Source of the DNA: an uncultured virus (IMG/VR IMGVR_UViG_3300042556_003278)
Lineage: Duplodnaviria > Heunggongvirae > Uroviricota > Caudoviricetes
Virus record (IMG/VR): IMGVR_UViG_3300042556_003278
Direction: 5' to 3' (one strand)
Length of the DNA: 64,000 nt
Both the position numbers and the translations under genes were made by a program. Under the pieces are notes generated by a model. It did no database searches and was not told where the DNA came from. It saw only the letters and a list, made by a program, of their open reading frames with translations. Shown here piece by piece: positions 45,401 through 51,692 of this stretch (within the stretch, counting starts at the first letter, position 1; each line of letters opens with the position of its first letter).

Positions 45401-48168
45401 TGGACCGCCTCGATGACAACGGCGACTTTGTGTTCAAGCCGTTCCTGATGCGCGCCGGAACGATCAACGCGGCCAAGGTGCGGGCCAACAAGTTCAAGGT
45501 GGGCGACATGATCACGACCGACCGCGGCCGCTTTGAGCTTGGGCCGGAAATCGACGGCGGCCGGTATTTGCTTCTGAAATCCATGCCGGTTGAGGTGCAG
45601 CAACAGATTTACCAAGACTTCCATGCCCGCTACCCCGAATCCGCGCACTATCTGGACCGGTGGATTATGCCGGGGATGCAAGAGGCGCGCTACATGGGGC
45701 CGCAGGGCACCATGACGGCCGAGTTTAACCGCTACGCGCTGCGCGACCTGTTCAACGAGTGGCCGCAGGAGTTGAAAGATATGTTTGGCGGGGTTCCCCT
45801 CCCCGATCTTCCGTATGTCGAGGGCTACACGCCGGACGTTGCCGAGGCCAAGACCTTGGGCGCCATGATCGGAAGCCTGTTGCGGTCCTTCCGGTCCGGC
45901 GCCCGCAAGATGAAGGCTGGCGAGGCCCGCGAAACCGGCAACATCAAGAATCTGTTTGAAGGCTTTTCGGTCCGCGCCATGGAGGCCCACCGCGAGAAAA
46001 TCCGCGTCTTGACCCGCCAGCGATTGATCGAGGCGGCCGCGGTGGATGGCAACCGGATTCCGAAGGATCAAGCCAGCAACTATGTCGAGCTTGACCAGAC
46101 CTACCGCAAACTCCTCGAAGCGGTGAAGATTGCCCGCCGGCTCAATCCCAAGGCGTTCCCCGCCCTGACCGGCGCGCTGTCTCCGCAGGATCAGAAGGCC
46201 ATGGCCAAGATTTTGGGTGATGCCTTCCGGCTGCGCGGCCGCGGGCTGATGATCCACAAGGAAGTGGAGCGCGAATTGATGTTGGGCATATCTCGTCAGG
46301 TTACAAACAACGCTCTGACACGCATCCTCTCTGGGCTTCTGGAGCGGTATAACGCGGGGCTTCTGGCCACGCCGTTTACCGTTATCACGAATTGGGCGAG
46401 CAACGAGATCATCAAGGTGGTGCGCATGGGCAACCGGCTCAATTACACGCTGGTCAATATAGCGGCCGGCGATGTCAACGCGGCCAAATTGGGCGGATAT
46501 GAACTGATGTATCTACTGCGCGGATTCATCACCGACCGGTTCCCGCAATGGCAGCAGGAACGGATCGGCAAGGTGGTTCCGCGGGAGATGTTCGATGACC
46601 AGACCGGCCTCGAAGCCATGGACATTGACCCGAATATCTCTGTCAAACAGCAGTTGGGACGGCTCAACTTGGGCGGTGCCTTCATGCAGGCGGTGGGCTA
46701 CGGCGAAATCGACATCCGCCAGAAGCAGCAAATGGCCTACGCGGCCTACCGCGCCCACGCGCAGGTAGCGTGGAACGAGGCCAAACGCCGTGGCGAGGTA
46801 TCAAATGATACCAACCGGCGGGAATGGCAGCAGAATTGGATCGCCAATGCGCCGGCCGAGATTCACCGGGACGTTTATCTCACAACGGTGATGTATTTGA
46901 TGGACTACCAGAACGTGCCGGCTTGGCTCGATCCGCAGCAATCCATGACCGCCACCGGTCAAATTGTGAAGCGCGGCCTATTTCCGTTTGTCAAATGGCC
47001 TTACAACATGGCCCGCCAATTCAAGCGGCTGACCTTCGATGCCGCCCTGAACACAATCATGGCCGGTCGCACCAAGCAGCAGCGCATCGAGGGCATGGCA
47101 AACCTGATGACCATGGGCGCGCTGGCGGCTATAGGCACGGCGATTGCCATGGCTGACGATGACGAGGACGATCCGCTTCTGGGGGCCAGCGTCGATGAGG
47201 AAGGCAACCTGTTGGACGCCGCTTTCCGCACCAAGAACCGCCTCAACCTGTCGAGGTTGGCCCGCATTATCTTTGCCCATGGCCTGATGCGGGAAACCGA
47301 GTTCACCCTGGATGACGGCTCCGGTGAAGACAAAGACCTTTGGTGGAGGTATCGCAACTACCCTTACTTGAAAGAGGGTATTGCCATGGGTCTTCTGTTG
47401 TCCGGCAAAACAGACAAAGCCTTGGAGCAATTCTCCGACATTTCTGGGGAATACGTCAGCTTGGGCATGCTGGCCAAGATTGTCGGAATGTCCTCCTTTG
47501 ACCAAGACAAGCCGGTGGGCTTCCGCTTGGGCGAGGTTGCCTACGATGTGGGCACGGCCGGCGTCCTCCCTACCCCTTGGCGGCAGTTTGCTACCCGCAT
47601 GGTTGATCCGGTCATGCGCCGGTCCCGCGAGGCCGAGCCTTTGGGATACTCTGCCGGTCCTCTGGACGCCATTCGCGCCAATACTCCGTTTTTATCGCGC
47701 ACTGTTCCGACCACCGGTGAATTGGGCCGTTCAGCTTATGCGCCATTCAGCGCGGAAAGCTGGTTCAGCAAAGAGAAGAAAGCCGTTCAAAAGTCCAATA
47801 TGCCCGCGGACGAAAAGCGCGCCACCATCGACGCCCTGCGCCAGCAAGCGACCAAACTCAACATGACACCGGCCCAACAAGCCGATTTTATGAAGCTGGC
47901 TGGTCTGCCGGTGGAGCAATTCAATATGCGTGGAACATCAAGCGTTCCTGCCGTGGCCAACTTGGAGCGGCTTCGCAGCATGGGCGTGGGGCCGGAAGCC
48001 TACGCGGTCATCGAGACAACGGACAAACGCGGGCAGACATCAACCCAACTGGTCGCGCCGAAGGCTTCGGCCATTGGCTACCAGCCCCGCGGACTTCAGG
48101 CTTTGCGCTTTTTCGGAGGGGTCAACCTGATGGCCGTGCCCCGCGGCCGGCGAGAACTTGCCAAGTAG
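30487..48168 (+). CDS. 5,893-aa polyvalent/DarB-like internal virion protein: helical N-terminus, zincin-like EEVLH, zeta-toxin-like P-loop kinase, adenine MTase, Strawberry-notch helicase, sigma-70 r2+r4, helical C-terminus
   Basis: GGGGAAGKTS..NPDEIR..DGT (~38950-39470); EPSAGIGG..NPPFS (~39860-40500); GDGTGVGKGR, DEAH, SATG, QGFGRTHR (~40980-43300); sigma motifs (~44410-44935). Confidence 0.9.
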   Translation: MATLNDLLSAARAGDRGALSGLQERRQRGNIPEFDLKELSSMEKAAAKADREQQRAMASAEREQRAASKEQGRQYERDAIAFFTRNGRVIPITAPSGAPMRKWGKSGTMFDPVTGKAYIRDDKGKLIEQIPEQDGKTVKKDGHVYKVVDGMKWKWVGYDKDRKTAEDRRFDRDLADKTRALKQEMQDATGELTMLNKDIASDRARIRDLDKRINDAEKLSGDQSLVARLQGEKEQIQGVLDAKVERQAKAEIDAYRARAEYKAGREAVDAQRKDYYDNKSRLYYDDGKLPNTDRRAEATAGMSNYLSENGRDNKSSQPISLFDSIWASIEAGNKRLGDASVANANAFADWSTKQTVSPEANQWNMGKMQARSQDATARLSAEAEIMLPKAVRDATGVTHAPPSWFTPEAMERQLSAKLAGQDVIHAPPGYKLEGGTLYATKETSNTFWGVPLPWSKKTTAEPIGKFKFDQYGVGSVELDPLAMSSPSFASGNYYRGMPEYLGMPKWFEDSAKPKMGSQVVPEVRKEVEAMDWQKAAAEMWESRRWSPERLRDTLDQWQTANDRQRADLIAEMDPRQASLRPEDRRLDTGWLYQQGQLSAQDARLLSKTAYGTNPDFSSLPDSFDQWAKNSPTAAAKQFREQQAALPKMNWWQAALTNVASTIPGAGVIAAAVGAVANTERGRISSANTYAARDAFMSQYYQETARKTDFNLPAFVQARDKMLGDESLVGWANNALNSTLQNAFGSSIGIMFSQAPKLAADYLTGSKWLSNEERTLIKAQTQIATSNLIRGVTDRLPSSLLEADTMGRLFAGLNPAAVAPILFKSGGLARAAEAGSKLYYGEKGGKLNSAINDLHAYLNTGRGDERELKRLSENVRVASEAFHQMPQGRVADVLRGAAGYAEGFLGGDGTVGVPTRLAYENDPMDPRSTMNRAMAGYMQTMSPAYWSTFKSGAFNSQHDLAIQNWAANYASQNNQISESSLFGPFQMALRGGTVAPLTETAIEIASNLVGVGAGKMLVAGKWLATAERAGLTLNRAGRAVGKLEGMQEAFFNMGKVTRTPGTVLTAGQQLRNTAVDMSKMAWASGSGEMFEEMVASFGEAGATLGDAAAQGLSGFIGGMGLSSIHAPIGAALGSLQAGRYAAAQDKALKQYVADYNTRYAETPITLDQAKQSQGYQNRGLVGTLNSQLQALVTEDLRLANEFKSLPPTIGVPGAGGTPVLGVNPRIVEILAERETIRGQIGATMLDVVGVSESSIAAVREVNGLPEGEKIVVDAAVRLVSGTPTTPAQEQVLLENGAYVRGERVILSDSLLLQLEELAPTTAKLFFKKQEAEQLAEADAVSGGESAVPVQQTQQQTQAPVQPPPLPQQPVAQAPAQPQVQTPVRPQVPALTPAQRKAAADARSKQRYGGVWRFVNGRAVLIKDKAQADQLPLALDPNEAADAQNDVADDYTFEATYTPKGSLRPVTVAQTVKAASPEEAQGKQQSWATAIERRLSDGPVQVGPVQAAGGQAVQPELTSPAAAVDSAIFEAKPTAKTVTAMVEAAAPVLFNNPALPNVVVTPRLYVTRRMTNPITDEQYRALPPEEKKQYISMPNGGMAAIGVQVGRGPTIFIDQGQLAKTLANVPAADRPARIAAMAREEVLHLATTEVRGPMELVDDWNRLPDVVKRRVVEAYYPSEVLTDANQDWRNVQTDPQQMALEFWRMYLSAKLDGVTTEQVAFAQDVDRMAEIDPAFASNLRQLLENLAEWLRDKLMGTLDDQTRAEFEDVAAKIEAEAARLEGRGVAPAAVATETAETVAEDAALPANEAFVPAEDTGNWTSEALRAAVKNAAAAFGYKIVDTGIDFGVVDRYGNTVNVGTQMYDKLVPGSEVGQWIDKVGNSEFAAEIADKMATPGLHRVWFGHDFLTNLDNVVGQFGWSAVPDFILQLLKDSLTKSGIPFPGVELLVRDGAVSDRVATDWLSTNIGEVFGGGVAFFGTYRLAQAARQGNLNRPRVVFATVGVGIKLVAGVATAQPFLIISGLADAAILVTNLDQVREAFKKSADMAKERPARPVVRPPQMVEPRVMPPQNPPAMAPPVEAVEEAPSVVAPEPVAQAPAEAVETPQPAVAERIDTAPKRPRKRATKPKAVKVADDGFTADDPFMPDPTYVRAVQDLGFLKAMQQAANSNEGSILMFALDQELARLAKAAGVKPITGRMGSYNYTGYSGTSSKQRLAFIKEVTKKGGEELGRQVRKLIADADRAKPVLQKLRDAEEVAPPPIKKFAAKPEKLAANVILDVNGRKPNDSGVYSEADAEVIAFPAKKSQPVSAEVRVLELADGRWLANLRTDHRTGDYSGHSFGLSLKFSNDGQGYASRDEAVRTMLEYIIAEESRTIRATDSMTSKKQRESAEAVIAWAEAELDKVQPREVVAPQPATELDAAFADLERFLKPAEVRGPDGLTDTEREALEAELLADQEAEAVDAVREGGIDILDAVREAGGLPAKTSSKVYQYAGELQRIREAQRPGNAVGLKGTFNLFRNNAPDLDALIKDLQIMGFRDLATPSDLFDLVERRLSTGRPIYGYEGMVLAAAAQPAGADFIAALTRVADALYAEGFNTPETMSARLVERFPNDMTPKLLSQVWANGTETDPDVQVSWKQIYQKAVDESGAAGNNQVGESDDRQPSEETGGESPALQADAAETGGQTGGLYERAGGRRLEDDGGVYGGSRDQERVLNKLRLDDQGREERIAKAFGDWPDGYSDLGMPNLPEGISDPNDSRLQVTLEKDTATIVAGSLANRLLGIPAGEVSRQVLRETIIEYFMRGGNDRQALSDVKEPQSQDNPLVVFMGGGGAAGKTSLLRREVAKGNIPDEGRVLSNPDEIREFLPEYDLLNELNDSRSSVITHPEASAISEEIERRARQNSFPLVIDGTMKNSEKSLTQARNLRAEGYRTKMIAVTIDPYEALVRSFLRAIGSKRYVPPPVLLGAHKGFNAALPAYIEFFGDDLVIYDNSPQNPILLSADDILSGRFSEVGARAGLNENATTPEELLGSYGEADRIERPEANPQRVAAEGILPLLEEGRKLNFEKDIQPITDAAWGGTLAAGTYEVKDAYDAMELAVNLFLARGGVFDADQGWKSFGPVGAIRALEDLQQRLPTQTKRSGRTDRYQQFSTPPVFSFVSHWVSGATAADVVLEPSAGIGGLAVYPKLDGATIIANELESKRIDFLREMGFDHLTTENAEQIDAILEPRFASGSLPRPTVVNMNPPFSNAAKSGKTGQTMVGAKHVESALKALRPGGRLVAIVGEGMGLDTPTFRQWWQNMAKQYHVRANIWVDGRNYTKYGTSFSNRLLVIDKVAPPAGSTNKNIIQGQIDDLADLITLLQGVRNDRPTIQPSAEQAGTGDAQSLESAGTARTDAGARTGTGSRAGRSGGRTGRTGVRQSETARPADSVGRVERGVSDGGLAGRGQSEGRGTDDPQRTDGQRTGDGQPVIPGSGRESVEQTGITVEGAQTSARSIQNEDDVFALYTPAKVRIPGAQKHLAPLVESAAMASVPPPDPTYTPNLAKEVITEGRISETSLENIVYAGQAHSQVLPSGERRGYFIGDGTGVGKGRQIAGIIMDNLRQGRKKAVWISKSGGLIEDAKRDVEDVGLDPKKVLMLNKVKKGKKVEAADGILFTTYDTLKGGHQTLTEGAQGWWDKIKEHNSRMKQIAEWLGKDFDGVIALDEAHKAGNAIAVKGNRGLKQPSQAGVAVVDLQKLLPNARVVYVSATGATEVENLSYADRLGIWGEGTPFPNKQNFFDKIRAGGVSAMEVVARDLKAQGLYLARSISYKGVEFARLTHNLTPDQERLYNRIATAWQAVLSNMDRIMDETGAVNSRRARSNAASAFWGAQQRFFNQLLTGLQLPALLEDMDQQLAAGNSAVLQLVNTGEAVEKRALAKARTEAEGDEIPMEDLDLSPRQILLDFLDKSFPTDLYEEVQDPDNPERTVWNKVLNSEGQPVQSPAAVAEKERLMDEVALIDMPESPLNQIINRFGPDSVAEVTGRTQRVVTVRKGGKTETKIEKRSKAQARADAQDFQDGKRRILIFSDAGGTGFSFHASNRAKNKQRRVHYLVQAGWRADNALQGFGRTHRTDQASAPIYRLLETNIKGHKRFIASIARRLAQLGALTTGERRTAGQGMFSDSDNLESPYSADALWRLMNDLYNERVEGFTFDEFSESLGYVTTREGRKVNKLVSQQGGLADDQRPPITQFLNRILALPLDRQNTLFDLFMERLERRIETAKDDGSFDPGTQNYRAERVEVVSDDVVYTQPDTGATTRLVEIEAFEDQIFTTFEEAERGGAIMWVKNRRSGNVFALREGPPRTLDNGSVVPQWRRVGIVGNSMVQKADVTLQPGRMEGGKLVDAGNYQEVTRDEAATLWDSQIANAPKETKRKDHFLIGVMLPVWDRLGLERTRIFRFTPTTGEPMLGVQVPSKDVPGLRMRMGARNTMTAEQAFDMVMTDGANLNLANGWRIERRRVSGELRVEVSGLNYDQGRAFADQFGGIMERIQYTPRFFITDSEVMQRVMDRSPVTQINGEDVNFSDNSPVVAGARRLVTPEDMDADMDDQAQWIFEQAQLRDYESTDELLAEEPETFVGLAAQWRETHPRAVGSPAQSAGSGGQTEDGRIEALVTDNLGLATALAGRFNIPRIDFEDKVQEARIGLLTAAQSFDAGRGVPFGAYATRVIRNRLNNLYREQRRIAGAEVRELDAPVGEMDGETGQSMLADQFEDAPNNDDLAIIREIMDDLPARPRRIWQGVMAGKTYDAIGAEEGISKQAVQQTMVATQNTLRRQLAKRGINSVDDVFAQKDRFDTGRVEGMRQQLDDEEAKVAAARPSVEAELAQIAEERQKAQDFRKAADQTPNSPLLPGAKEWYSTWLRGRMDKLEFYAPGAKAAMLDNRRNEALVAATINSMMQQIRDDITRAFGYPAFWSKNKKRLQNFLDELLPVAARLEVDRLDDNGDFVFKPFLMRAGTINAAKVRANKFKVGDMITTDRGRFELGPEIDGGRYLLLKSMPVEVQQQIYQDFHARYPESAHYLDRWIMPGMQEARYMGPQGTMTAEFNRYALRDLFNEWPQELKDMFGGVPLPDLPYVEGYTPDVAEAKTLGAMIGSLLRSFRSGARKMKAGEARETGNIKNLFEGFSVRAMEAHREKIRVLTRQRLIEAAAVDGNRIPKDQASNYVELDQTYRKLLEAVKIARRLNPKAFPALTGALSPQDQKAMAKILGDAFRLRGRGLMIHKEVERELMLGISRQVTNNALTRILSGLLERYNAGLLATPFTVITNWASNEIIKVVRMGNRLNYTLVNIAAGDVNAAKLGGYELMYLLRGFITDRFPQWQQERIGKVVPREMFDDQTGLEAMDIDPNISVKQQLGRLNLGGAFMQAVGYGEIDIRQKQQMAYAAYRAHAQVAWNEAKRRGEVSNDTNRREWQQNWIANAPAEIHRDVYLTTVMYLMDYQNVPAWLDPQQSMTATGQIVKRGLFPFVKWPYNMARQFKRLTFDAALNTIMAGRTKQQRIEGMANLMTMGALAAIGTAIAMADDDEDDPLLGASVDEEGNLLDAAFRTKNRLNLSRLARIIFAHGLMRETEFTLDDGSGEDKDLWWRYRNYPYLKEGIAMGLLLSGKTDKALEQFSDISGEYVSLGMLAKIVGMSSFDQDKPVGFRLGEVAYDVGTAGVLPTPWRQFATRMVDPVMRRSREAEPLGYSAGPLDAIRANTPFLSRTVPTTGELGRSAYAPFSAESWFSKEKKAVQKSNMPADEKRATIDALRQQATKLNMTPAQQADFMKLAGLPVEQFNMRGTSSVPAVANLERLRSMGVGPEAYAVIETTDKRGQTSTQLVAPKASAIGYQPRGLQALRFFGGVNLMAVPRGRRELAK
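38447..38623 (+). CDS. Nested +1-frame ORF A (58 aa) just before the zeta-toxin domain
   Basis: TTGACG-N17-AACAAT at 38411-38439; GTG 36 nt after -35; host frame is linker-like here. Confidence 0.55.
   Translation: MKVTTDNQAKKPAVNLPPFKLTPPKPGDKPGVYTNERAGADWKMMEAYMEARGIKSGF
40574..40915 (+). CDS. Nested +1-frame ORF B (113 aa, acidic helical) between MTase and helicase
   Basis: AAGGAG SD at 40562; protein-like composition while host frame is a G/R/T-rich linker. Confidence 0.7.
   Translation: MTDQLSNHPLNKLALAMLNRWSRRELPELMPVLELALEAVPEGLEDGPEGQAFDRAKRRDPQTVLDELSEAFQMEDLLDADNLKDAGQMILNELMGNGQVTDSQLYREAAENP
44279..44434 (+). CDS. Nested +1-frame ORF C (51 aa) just before the sigma domain
   Basis: MNQQMNSSQKNPKLSLDLLPNGVKLTQEQLEVLRRARVLADKPKMGASKPL; host-frame codons turn A/T-ending here. 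Confidence 0.5.
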   Translation: MNQQMNSSQKNPKLSLDLLPNGVKLTQEQLEVLRRARVLADKPKMGASKPL

Positions 48169-48192
48169 TGTATTGTCAAAAGAATTGACGCC

Positions 48193-50229
48193 ATGAAATT
48201 CCTTCCTGATTTGCCGATCGAACTGGACCCTCCCAAGGCGCCTCTACGCGGCAACCTTGTTCTGACCGGCGGGCAGGAGCGCGCCTTGACCGAACATTTC
48301 TTGGAGCGGATGCGGTCTGTGCAGAACAGCTACGTTTCCGATGGTTGGATGGAGAAGCGCAACATGAGTATGAGGCACTTCGCCTCGAACATGGAGGACC
48401 GCCGCCGCCCTGGGACGATTTTCGAGAAGTCCAATATGTCCCTGAACCTGCCCAAGCGGTATGTGCGGATTACGGCCAGCCGTGTTTACGACGAGCTTTT
48501 GACCGCCAATCCCATGATGTCGGTGACTGTCGAGGGAAAGGATGACGATTACGAGGATGCGCGGGTCATCGAGCGGTATTGTGCCTTCAAACTGGATCAG
48601 GCCAAGATGCGCCTTGTTTTGCGTGAGGCAGAAACACTGGCGGCCATTCGCGGGGAAACGGTGGTCAAAACCACTTGGAAGCGCAAAACGCAGCGGTATT
48701 ACAGGACGGCGATGGTTCTGATCGGCGCTGACGGCGAGCCGGTGCGCGCGCGGGACGGTAATCCGGTGTTGCAGACGGACACCTTTAACGACACAGAGAA
48801 TGGAGATAAGGTGTTAATGCGCGACCCGCGGATTGTTTTGAGCGGGACGCCGACATGGGAAGAACGGCGCGTGGATATGCGGCGGGTTCTTTACAATAAC
48901 ATTGAAGCTGCCTGCATTGACCACCGGGATTTCTTTTGCAACACGACCGAAAGCGATGTCCACAAGTCTGACTTCTGCGCGATCAAGCTGGATTTTGGCT
49001 TGGATGAAGTGAAGGCCATGCTTGCCCCATTGGAAGGCCAAGAAGACGCGGACAAGTTTATTTCCAAGCTGGAAAACAGCCTTTTGGACGGCAAGACCAA
49101 GGCAGAAGCCAATCGGCCGGACCGCTGGCGCGGCGAAACCGAGCGCCACCGTGACGCCATTCCGCAGTGTCCTTTTGCCGAAGTCTATGCCCGCGTGATT
49201 CTGGAACCAGATGGTCAGGCCGACGAAATCGCGGCTTTGATTGATTTGGAGAACGAGCAGCTACTTACCTACGACTACTTGGACAACATCAGCCCGACCG
49301 GCCGCCGGCCGTTCCGCGTGGTGCGAATGGAGCCGGTGCCGCACCGCTGGTATGGCACAGGGTTTTACGAATTGTTCAGCGACCGCCACAAGTTCTGCGA
49401 CCTTTACATGAACCGCGTGAATTTGGCCTCCAGTTTGAGCGGAAACATCAAGATTGAGAATCCGATGGCCACGGAAGAAGGGTTGGCTGGCGAGCCAATC
49501 GAGTTTGGCACCACCAAAACATACCGGCTGCGGGATGGGTATTCCGCGGACGATGTGTTCAAGGTGATCCCGATTCCGAATGATAGCGGATCGAGCGAAA
49601 ACCTTCTCAATATGCTGATGCAAGTGACGCAGTTGGAAGCCGGTATCGTTTCGGCCGGCGACCATGGCATGGCCGGATTACCCGCGGCAGGGCTGGCCAC
49701 CGGCATCAAGAGTCTGGATCGCGTGGCCAACGTGCTTCTGAAGAACATTCTGGCCGATTTCATCAGTGCGTTTGAGGACGTTTTGGGCGATGCCGTGGCT
49801 CTGATCATGACCTATTACGATGACGCTGACGCCGAAATGCTCATGGGGCCAGAGCAAGCGGCCACGCTGTCCAAGTTCCGCGAAATCAGCCAACTTCCCT
49901 ATAAGGTTAAACTGGAAGTAAGCACCAGCCGAGATGCGGAAGTGATCGAAAATCACACCAAGGCGTTTGAGATGCTTATGCAGTTTGAACAAATCCCACC
50001 GGAAGCCCGCCTGCGGTTGCGCCCCGTGCTGATGAAGATTTTGACAGTTATGGGAATTGAAGATGTGGACAAAGCCCTATCGGACGATTTGGCCTTGCCA
50101 AGCATGGGCGCCGGCGATGTTCCGACAGAGGAAACAATGAACGCCATGTCCGATGCCGGACAGCCCCAAGTGCAACAGGGACCGGTAGGCGACCGCGATG
50201 TTCCAGACGTAAACGCAATACAGGTATGA
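48193..50229 (+). CDS. Portal protein
   Basis: 678 aa; PF...P.PHRWYGTG and ATG motifs typical of podoviral portals; Q/P-rich tail. Confidence 0.82.
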   Translation: MKFLPDLPIELDPPKAPLRGNLVLTGGQERALTEHFLERMRSVQNSYVSDGWMEKRNMSMRHFASNMEDRRRPGTIFEKSNMSLNLPKRYVRITASRVYDELLTANPMMSVTVEGKDDDYEDARVIERYCAFKLDQAKMRLVLREAETLAAIRGETVVKTTWKRKTQRYYRTAMVLIGADGEPVRARDGNPVLQTDTFNDTENGDKVLMRDPRIVLSGTPTWEERRVDMRRVLYNNIEAACIDHRDFFCNTTESDVHKSDFCAIKLDFGLDEVKAMLAPLEGQEDADKFISKLENSLLDGKTKAEANRPDRWRGETERHRDAIPQCPFAEVYARVILEPDGQADEIAALIDLENEQLLTYDYLDNISPTGRRPFRVVRMEPVPHRWYGTGFYELFSDRHKFCDLYMNRVNLASSLSGNIKIENPMATEEGLAGEPIEFGTTKTYRLRDGYSADDVFKVIPIPNDSGSSENLLNMLMQVTQLEAGIVSAGDHGMAGLPAAGLATGIKSLDRVANVLLKNILADFISAFEDVLGDAVALIMTYYDDADAEMLMGPEQAATLSKFREISQLPYKVKLEVSTSRDAEVIENHTKAFEMLMQFEQIPPEARLRLRPVLMKILTVMGIEDVDKALSDDLALPSMGAGDVPTEETMNAMSDAGQPQVQQGPVGDRDVPDVNAIQV

Positions 50230-50492
50230 TGTTACAGCAGCAAATCGAACAGTTGGACGCCGTGAAGCGTCTGCGCACCAACCGCGACTACCGCGAGTTG
50301 ATCCAAAGCATGCTCGATGAGCAGGTGCAGCAGGCCCATAGCGCGATGCTCAACCCCGAAACGGCCGGCCCGCGCCTCGAATACGCCAGGGCGCGGTATG
50401 TGGCTTCGCGGGAACTGGCCAACTATTTGGCCGACAAAGAGGCCGCGCTGACCGCCGTAATCGCCAAGAAGCAGTCGGACACCGGAAAATAA
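50226..50492 (+). CDS. Small helical protein after portal
   Basis: ATGA coupling; position. Confidence 0.6.
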   Translation: MMLQQQIEQLDAVKRLRTNRDYRELIQSMLDEQVQQAHSAMLNPETAGPRLEYARARYVASRELANYLADKEAALTAVIAKKQSDTGK

Positions 50493-50527
50493 TTGCGTGA
50501 CTTGTCGAAAGGATTGACTTTGCAGCC

Positions 50528-50950
50528 ATGGCCCTTCCCAATTCCAGTGTAGCGCATCCGGTCGCAGTCGCCCATCCAAGCGGGACGGCCGTGAACCTGC
50601 GCGACTTCGAGCAGCATCCGCTTCTGATCGACGCTTTGACCGGAAGGCTGCGCGTGGAGATTGGCACGACCCAGATTGATGCCGGCGTTCAGGACATCGA
50701 GGACAAGTTGGATGTGCTGTCGGCCCTGATGACCACAATCAGTGTTGATCTGGATTTGGTCAAAGATGACCGGCTTTCCATTCCCGGCATGGGCATACCG
50801 GTCTTTAACTACGCCGGCATGACCTACGATGGAAACAACAACCTGACGGCTGTGGTTTACAAGACCGGCGGCTCCGGCGGGACAACCGTGGCCAGTTTGG
50901 CGTTGACCTATGACGGCAACGGCAACCTGACCAGCATCCTGAAGTCCTGA
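50528..50950 (+). CDS. Virion structural protein
   Basis: Repeated TYDGNxNLT; YKTGG.SG.TVA.L.LTY motif. Confidence 0.6.
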   Translation: MALPNSSVAHPVAVAHPSGTAVNLRDFEQHPLLIDALTGRLRVEIGTTQIDAGVQDIEDKLDVLSALMTTISVDLDLVKDDRLSIPGMGIPVFNYAGMTYDGNNNLTAVVYKTGGSGGTTVASLALTYDGNGNLTSILKS

Positions 50951-50951
50951 T

Positions 50952-51692
50952 ATGGGCAAGTTTCTGTTCAATCCGATCACAGCGCAGTTGGACCAAGTGG
51001 GCGCTGCCCCCGCCGCCCACACGCACCCCGCTTCGGATATCTCCGACAGCACCGCCGCAGGCCGCGCTTTGCTTACTGCGGCCACAGTTCAAGCGCAAAG
51101 AACGGCATTGGAGACATTCGTCTCAGCCGCCAATCTGACAGCGATCCAAGCACTCACTGGTAATTTTCAGCGAGTGTATATCGCTCAAGACACACGGAAA
51201 ATCTATGCGTGGAGTGGCACTGGTTCTGTCTACACCGAGATAAGCCCCCACATTAAGTCCGATTGGAACGCCAACAGCGGGGACGCGCAAATCCTGAACA
51301 AACCACGGTCTCCCTATCAACTTATAGCAGCGTGTTCGGATGAAACTAGTCTTTTGACAACGGGCACGAAATTAGTGTTTCGCGTTTTTGAGATGATGTT
51401 TATCAACACGTTTCGCGCTTCTGTGACACAGGCACCAACTGGATCCTCCCTAGTCGTTCAATTGCGAGCACCCGCGCCTGGGAACCCCGCTAACCTACTA
51501 GTGTATGGAACTGTCACAATTCCAGCGGGTTCCACAGCGAGTAGCACTAGTCTTAACGATGCGGTAATTGAGTATATCTCGGACATGATAGGAGAAGCAT
51601 CCCCAGAGTTCCACATACACGTTCACCAAATAGGAAGCACCTCCGCTGGCAGGGGTCTCAAAATATATTTGGAAGGAAATCGCATTTTATGA
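50952..51692 (+). CDS. Tail fibre-like protein
   Basis: HTHPASDISD, SDWNA..ILNKP fibre motifs. Confidence 0.7.
   Translation: MGKFLFNPITAQLDQVGAAPAAHTHPASDISDSTAAGRALLTAATVQAQRTALETFVSAANLTAIQALTGNFQRVYIAQDTRKIYAWSGTGSVYTEISPHIKSDWNANSGDAQILNKPRSPYQLIAACSDETSLLTTGTKLVFRVFEMMFINTFRASVTQAPTGSSLVVQLRAPAPGNPANLLVYGTVTIPAGSTASSTSLNDAVIEYISDMIGEASPEFHIHVHQIGSTSAGRGLKIYLEGNRIL

Noticed and set aside
30607..47505. Long minus-strand ORFs (e.g. 34054..36192, 30607..32268)
   Set aside because: Antisense shadows of the GC3-biased giant gene; no motifs or start signals.
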